Positions 57,790 through 64,000 of a stretch of 64,000 nucleotides of DNA are shown here, piece by piece (the first letter of the stretch is position 1; each line of letters begins with the position of its first letter). The translations under genes were made by a program, and so were the position numbers. Under the pieces are notes generated by a model. The model was given only the letters and a program-made list of their open reading frames with translations, searched no databases and was not told the DNA's origin. Origin of the DNA: Chrysomallon squamiferum (taxonomy: Eukaryota > Animalia > Mollusca). The stretch is taken from contig CM022673.1 of the NCBI GenBank assembly GCA_012295275.1, positions 24,118,001-24,182,000 on the forward strand. Reading direction: 5' to 3'.

Positions 57790-58517
57790 ATATAAACAAC
57801 TTATTTCTTGATGAAATAATTACTGACATTATTTCTAATGAATCCCATAAAACTGTTCCCTTGATTTACCTTGCATATGTTAAGTACGATCCACATGGAC
57901 TGTAGATTAAAATATTAACATGGGCAGGGTGCTATGCTTCTTACTCTTATATAAACTAAGTGAACTGTAAACTCGTAAACTCATCATACGTGCTTCACAA
58001 CAGCTAGCTCTGATTAGCATGTTAATTTTTTTCATGTCACTAAACTCATCATTGTGTTGACTGACATGTACTGATGACATTTTCTGACTGTAAAGTTGTT
58101 TGTAAATGTCAGTTTTCTGAGAATACAAAATAGCATAAGCTGGATTCAAATGTTCATTTTCATGTTTTATTTCTTTTATCAAGTGTTGATAATCCTTCAA
58201 AACTGCATCTCCAAAGCATCACCGCAATGCAAATATTTACTTTATTAATTATTTTCTACAGCAATCAGGTATATTTCTGAAATGTTAAATATTGCCAGTT
58301 TTCTCTGAATACAAGATAGCATGTAACTTTTGCTTACTTATGTTTCAAATTCTAGGATTATTGCCAAAGAAACTTCATTTCATTTTATTATTAGCTATGT
58401 TTTTTTTCATTCAAAACTGGACGATTCAAACTAGAAATAAAAACAGAATCAATGAAAAATTTATATTTATTAATTATGTTAGTATTCTTGTTATAGAACT
58501 ATGTTGTTTGTTTCCTT

Positions 58518-58834
58518 CTAGCAAATACGGCCATTGCAGCACATTTTGTTTGTTGCATCATAACCTTCCTTTCCACAACATGCAGGATGTCTTCCACTCT
58601 TGAAGACAACCTTTCCACTGCAGCACATTCTGGTTGTTGTATCATAACCTTCCTTTCCACAACATCCAGGATGTCTTCCACTCTTGAAGACAACCTTTCC
58701 ACTGCAGCACATTCTGGTTGTTGTATCATAACCTTCCTTTCCACAACATGCAGGATGTCTTCCACTCTTGAAGACAACCTTTCCACTGCAGCACATGCTG
58801 TATCTTGGATTGTAGGAGTTGTAGCCGCATACAG
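58518..58834 (-). CDS. Galaxin-like dicysteine-repeat protein, main and last coding exon
   Basis: tacag|(A)VCGYNSYNPRYS, then three near-identical 28-aa (84-bp) units MCCSGKVVFKSGRHPACCGKEGYDTTTR, then MCCNGRIC*. The CCG..Y......CC.G pattern is typical of galaxin/usherin repeats. Confidence 0.85.
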
Positions 58835-58964
58835 CTGTATTTCAAATAAATATAATAACTTCTGTATATTTTCATTACTGTTATCTGTTCACACACACAC
58901 ACACACACAAACACACACATGCACCGAGTATATATATATATTATCTGTCGATCTATGTATTTAC

Positions 58965-58994
58965 CTGAACACGTAAAAATATTAAAACAACCAT
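58965..58994 (-). CDS. 30-nt phase-1 exon of the galaxin-like gene
   Basis: cttacag|AT GGT TGT TTT AAT ATT TTT ACG TGT TCA G|gtaaat gives GCFNIFTCS, in frame with the main exon. Confidence 0.55.
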
Positions 58995-59453
58995 CTGTAA
59001 GTGTTCAAAAATGTAGGTAGGCTGTTTATTTGTGTAATCATAATTACGCTTCATAAGAAAAATAAAATACCTTGTGAAGACGCCGATGTTCCCCATGACT
59101 GAATGCGTGTAATTGTTAATACAGCGACAAAAAAAGCCAAAAGAGAAACAAACTTCATTTTTGTTTTTCTCTTTTTTCTGATCTAGAGAATAAAAAATGA
59201 CATTGTTTATAATATTAATAAAACAATATACATTACAATATATTAATGTAAATGTGTAGAAGCCCATTAAATCGCATATATTTTAAACTTGTAATAGTTA
59301 TTATTAGTTTTAATAATAAAATATAACATAAAAAGGTTAAATCGGAAACATCCAAGTTCGAAATAATAGAAACTGAAGTAAGAGACGCCGTTGTTGGTTA
59401 ATAGAAAATAGAAAGTTTTAAACTCGTAATTCTTGTCAGTCTCTCTCTAATGT

Positions 59454-59531
<78 letters not shown>

Positions 59532-59664
59532 TTAAAACACATACAGGCAAAAAACCTATCACATCAAATTTTAGAATAACGATGTAAGAAAATGGATAAT
59601 ATAAACATTTATAAATGTTCTGTTGCTAAACTATGCAGATTAGACAGTTTTACTTACTACTAAC

Positions 59665-59721
59665 CTGAATACCGTGGCTCTGATATTACAGAGGTGGAGA
59701 ATTCGATCGAATACTTTTATA
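59665..59721 (-). other. Candidate upstream exon of the galaxin-like gene, with an in-frame TAA at its 5' end
   Basis: ttaacag| 57 nt |gttagt; the frame that joins downstream reads *KYSIEFSTSVISEPRYS. Confidence 0.35.
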
Positions 59722-60694
59722 CTGTTAAAGCAAAACCAAACCAACGTTCACCAACCGAAGATAAAGAAAACTTATTATTTTCAGTTTTCGATAGCTCATC
59801 AAATGAATCTAAAATTGTAAATTTTAATATAAAAAACGATTAACATTTCTAAGTAAAAAAATGATCTAATTTCTTTCTTAGGCACAGTCGCGAATTAGGC
59901 CAGCTTATGACATTTATATGTTCATCTGGGTTCCAAAGTTTGACACTTTGTTAACACATCTGAGTATTATAACGGTAATGGCCAATGGAAGTGTTTCGAT
60001 TGCGACATTTGTCAGGACTCCAATACGTGGACGGATTTTGCACATCCGTATAATCTGAATGATGACGTAAATGTCTAGTCACATCTGCATGTTTTTTTTA
60101 GATATATCAGCTACTTAGTTTGATTAACTGATAGAGATCTATCGAGTCACACGTGTAGATATGCATCTTTACACTGTTGCTGATATTAGCTAGTGTGTGC
60201 ACGTCAAAAAAGTGTCACTGCTACAGATGTTGTTAGCACACTGGTTGCAGTCGTAATTATAATAGTAAGCTGTCTTAGTGCAGTTTTAATATTACAGATT
60301 CAAAGTATCTTTACATTTTTCGAGCTACTTGTTGCAGATCCATTAGCATTTTTAAAATTTCAGTTGATTTAACTTTTCACTTGTATTAATTAACTGAAGT
60401 GATACTCAAGCTTGATTTCACTTCGAGTTTCGAGATACATCTTCCAGTTTCATAGGTACCACCATAGCCCAATATTTTTTTTTCCAGACCAGATGAACAA
60501 CAGCATGTTTAATAGAAAAATACTGAAATAGCTATTTAATATTAATTATTATATATCGACAAACGAATTAAAAACTAAAGCATCTCTATACCAGTAGTTC
60601 CAGTCTTTCATAGTCAAATTTTATAAACAGAAGTCTTTTAATTCGTGAATAAACGCGATTTTCATTGTGTACATTTAAACCTTTACTCACTAAT

Positions 60695-60851
60695 CAGTAG
60701 CCAGGTTTTAAAATTAAGAGGAGCGAAATTCATTAAAAAAATTCCAATTTTATCGCATAAATAAAACTTAATTATTGTTGAAAAGGCGCCAGTTTCTAAG
60801 AATGTGTTCATGGGTAGTGAAAGGTCCCTTGCTCCCCCTCTAGCTACCCTG
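60695..60851. mobile_element. Possible degenerate MITE
   Basis: Imperfect terminal inverted ends cagtagccagg ... ccccctctagctaccctg around ~155 bp. Confidence 0.3.
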
Positions 60852-61347
60852 CAGTCACTAATATGTCATCACTAAGTGATGTATTTAATTTTACCCATTA
60901 CTTGACTGCCTTCCAACTGCCGATAAAAGAGAAAAATGAAGCTGTTGTGAAGCACGTCTGAGTTTGTCACGTTCTCTGAGGCTGTCACATTATTTATGCT
61001 TTGTTTGCGATAATAATAATCAAGAAAGGAACAACACTCGAGCATTAATGGTGTGAAATGATATATTAGGGAATCCTGTAATAAAAGCATGTGTAATATC
61101 AGCAACAATTGTTATTCCACAATAAATGAAACATTTCATCAAAAATATTTTCATGCTTGAAAAAAGGATTGTGAAATAAAAGTTGTGTTACTATTTGAGT
61201 AAACCTTTCACCAAAACCCTTTCTCGGCTGGAAACGTGTAGACTCTGTCTATAACAATACAATTGCTGTGATTTATTTTCGAGTTTGAACTGTTTACCGT
61301 GTTTGCTATTCACTTGTAAAACGGTATCCAGAATTGTATTTCTAACT

Positions 61348-61419
61348 TCCCAAGTGGTCTAGTGGTTAGGATTTCGCGCTCTCACCGCGACGGCCGGGGT
61401 TCGATTCCCCGTTTGGGAA
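61348..61419 (+). tRNA. tRNA-Glu, anticodon CTC
   Basis: 72-nt cloverleaf: acceptor TCCCAAG/TTTGGGA, D arm, anticodon stem TCGCG/CGCGA with loop CT-CTC-AC, T stem CGGGG/CCCCG with loop TTCGATT, discriminator A. A and B boxes are intact. Confidence 0.97.
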
Positions 61420-61427
61420 AATGCATG

Positions 61428-61443
61428 TTTTACTTTTGGTTTC
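61428..61443 (+). terminator. Pol III terminator (T runs) of tRNA-Glu
   Basis: TTTT at 61428-61431 and further T4 runs immediately downstream. Confidence 0.6.
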
Positions 61444-62061
61444 TTCTTTTCAGATGCTTTTGAATTGTTATTCCAATATATTAAAGAATGAAATTAATAA
61501 CAAGTAACATTAATTCATCTGTTTTATAAATAAAAATATAAAAATCGTGCCAGTGTTCTAAAGTTTAGTGTCAATTAAATTAATTTAGTAATATATTTAG
61601 TTTTACTTTTTTCTAATTATTAACAATATTAACATCACATAATAATGCTAGTTTTAAAATTTTATTCATCCATATTTCTAAAACAATACGAAATTGTGAT
61701 TATCAATAATTTCCCAACAATAATAATGCAACAAACTATTCACATAGAACAATTATATACCAACAGATTTCAGTTTTAAACATGTGAACCATATATTCAA
61801 TATTGATAACCCGAAAAGCTTTTAATCCAGTTATAAGCGTTTATCAATGTCCTAGAAAATAGAATCCACCTGTAGGTAGTCATATCAAGTTTCTCGACCC
61901 GTGGTCAACGTTAAACTGAAATAACAATATGTTTCTTTCTTAATTGTTTGTGATGTTACTTGAGTGTACTATATACACACTGTCTATAACAATATAATTG
62001 TTGTGATTTATTTTTCTGTTCGAATTATTCACCTTGTTTGGTTCAATTGTTAAACAATATC

Positions 62062-62133
62062 CGGACGGTAGTCTAGTGGTTAGGATTTCGCGCTCTCACC
62101 GCGACGGCCGGGGTTCGATTCCCCGTTTGGGAA
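62062..62133 (+). pseudogene. tRNA-Glu(CTC) copy with a broken acceptor stem
   Basis: Identical to the first copy from position 10 to the 3' end, but the 5' strand reads CGGACGG and cannot pair with TTTGGGA. Confidence 0.85.
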
Positions 62134-62408
62134 AATGTTTATTTTGGTTTTTCCTTCTTTCTTTCGATACTTTTGAATTGTTATTTCAATATATTAAAGA
62201 AAGAAATTGATAAGAAGTAACATTAATTTATCTGTTTTATAAATAAAAATATAAAAATGGTGCCAATGTTCTAAAGTTTAATAGCAACAAATTAATTTAG
62301 TAATATATTTAATTTTACTTTTTTTATATTAAAGAATGAAATTATAAGAAGCAACAATAATGAATATTTTATAAATAAAATTATATCTATCTATCTTTCT
62401 ACAATCAT

Positions 62409-63460
62409 ATCGATTAGACTTATCTCCCTATAGTGATATGTGTTCACAAACATAGATTATAGTTAGGCCCTTACATGAGATGTACTCACTAAGCAAAGTA
62501 AAAATTATATCGATTAGACTTATCTCCCTTTAGTGATAAGTGTTCACAAACATAGATTAGAGTTAGGTCCCTTACGTGAGATGTACTCACTAAGCAAATT
62601 AATTTTTTTATCGATTAGACTTATCTCCCTTTAGTGATATGTGTTCACAAACATAGATTAGAGTTAGGTCCCTTACGTGAGATGTACTCACTAAGCCTAT
62701 TAAAAATTATCGATTAGACTTATCTCCCTTTAGTGAGATGTGTTCACAAACACAGATTAGAGTTATGTCCCTTACGTGAGATGTACTCACTAAGCTTACG
62801 TACGCTAATTATCCGATAAATGGAACCTCCAAAAACATCGAGCTTCGATCGTTTTAAAGTTTCAGTGTGGTTATTTATTTGTTTACTTATTTATTTATTT
62901 ATTCTATCCTGTCTACTTTCCTTATTGTTGTGATAATAAAAAAAATCAGTAAATATAATAATTTATTGTATCATTTGGTATCAGAATTTATTACTTCTTT
63001 TTGGATTTTATTAATATTCTGAAGTTTATTTGTTTTTAAATTTTCTGGCAATTTTCAGTTAATTGAATTTTGTTTCTTTCAGAATTGTATATGCATTCAG
63101 TACCATCATATCGAGTAGACTTATCTCGCTTTAGTGATATGTGCTCACAAACATAGATTAGAGTTATGATGTGCTCACAAACATAGATTAGAGTTAGGTC
63201 CCTTACGTGAGATGTACTCACTAAGCAAAGTAAAAATTATATCGAATAGACTTCTCTCCCTTCAGTGATATGTGTTAACAAACATTGATTAGAGTTAGGT
63301 CCCTTACGTGAGATGTACTCACTAAGCTTACGTACGTTCATTATCCGATAAATGAAACCTCCAAAAGGCCGAGCTTCGATCATTTTAAAGTTTCAAAGTG
63401 GTTCTTTATTTATTTATAATCTCCTGTCTACTTTGCTTATTGTTGTTATAATAAAATAAG
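62409..63460. repeat. ~100-bp satellite (4+2 copies) inside a larger duplicated block
   Basis: Unit atcgattagacttatctccctttagtgatatgtgttcacaaacatagattagagttaggtcccttacgtgagatgtactcactaagc starts at 62409, 62509, 62610, 62709, 63110 and 63241. The shared tail at 62796-62945 resembles 63327-63460. Confidence 0.92.
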
Positions 63461-64000
63461 AAGTAAATAAAATAAAATATAAATATTATTATTAATTAAA
63501 TTCTTCAGGCTACAGAATAAAATATTAATCATTTTTACTCGAATATGAGGAACCAACAAACAAAATAAAAGTTACAGTTATTTTTTCTGTGAAGAGCCCA
63601 AACCTTTTTATTGTCTTAATCGAATAACAAATATATGTTCACACTGTGCAAGATATTCCAAGATATAATAATGTCTTCATCAAAGAACAGTTGAAGACAA
63701 TTTTAATATACAGAGTAGAAAGAGTTTGAAACAGAAACCGTTAGACAACAACAAACGTTTACCAGAAAACTGATCATATAGTACAATTACATATCAACAG
63801 ATTTCAGTTTTATACATGTCAAACACATATATTTATATTGATAACCCAAAAGAGTTTTAATCCACTTCCCAGCGTTTATCAATGCCCTAGTAAATGCAAT
63901 CCATCTGAAAATAGATATATCAAGTTTGTGGACATGTGATCAACGTTAAAGTGAAATCAGAATATGTTTCTTTCTAAATTATTTGTGATGTTACTTGAGT

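Larger units (their letters stand above)
61240..64000 (+). repeat. Tandemly duplicated tRNA-Glu unit (~0.7 kb core), continuing beyond the window
   Basis: Upstream flank 61245-61330 resembles 61980-62065. Downstream flank 61452-61610 resembles 62166-62325. Segment 61749-61965 resembles 63783-64000. Confidence 0.85.

Noticed and set aside
57907-58200. 97-aa minus-strand ORF
   Set aside because: Non-ATG start, no recognisable motif and no clear splice sites joining it to the galaxin-like gene.
58499-58976. Alternative-frame ORFs (MERLSSRVED..., MSSTLEDNLS...)
   Set aside because: Shadow frames of the 84-bp galaxin repeat; only the Cys-rich frame matches a known family.
61348-62133. tRNA copies as SINE heads
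   Set aside because: They are followed directly by T-run terminators, have no SINE body, tail or TSD, and share long tandem flanks.
62409-63326. CRISPR-like repeat-spacer look of the 100-bp array
   Set aside because: The repeat is ~87 bp with only ~13-nt AT linkers, the context is eukaryotic and there are no cas genes.

Overview
This is AT-rich, microsatellite-dense animal genomic DNA with GT-AG introns, not prokaryotic. A mollusc or other lophotrochozoan origin is only a guess from style and content. Firm content: (1) the terminal coding exon of EMC10 (21306-21386, +), preceded by what appears to be a >21 kb intron full of minisatellites; (2) a complete 9-exon TRDMT1/DNMT2 tRNA C38 methyltransferase gene (48934-53664, +, 607 aa by my splice model) with a greatly enlarged variable region; (3) a galaxin-like dicysteine-repeat gene (~58518-59721, -); (4) a tandemly duplicated tRNA-Glu(CTC) unit (intact 61348-61419, 5'-damaged 62062-62133, a third unit running off the right edge) with a ~100-bp satellite in the spacer. 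The 22-48 kb interval is non-coding-looking, comparatively CpG-rich and carries several promoter-like motif clusters and candidate minus-strand exons that I cannot assign to a known gene. The most notable observations are a triplicated EMC10 splice acceptor that could give a TM-less (secreted) isoform, an altered and expanded DNMT2 next to C38-bearing tRNA-Glu copies, and a visible CpG-depletion footprint of gene-body methylation. Most ORFs in the provided track are microsatellite or minisatellite artefacts. All coordinates and splice models were read by eye.
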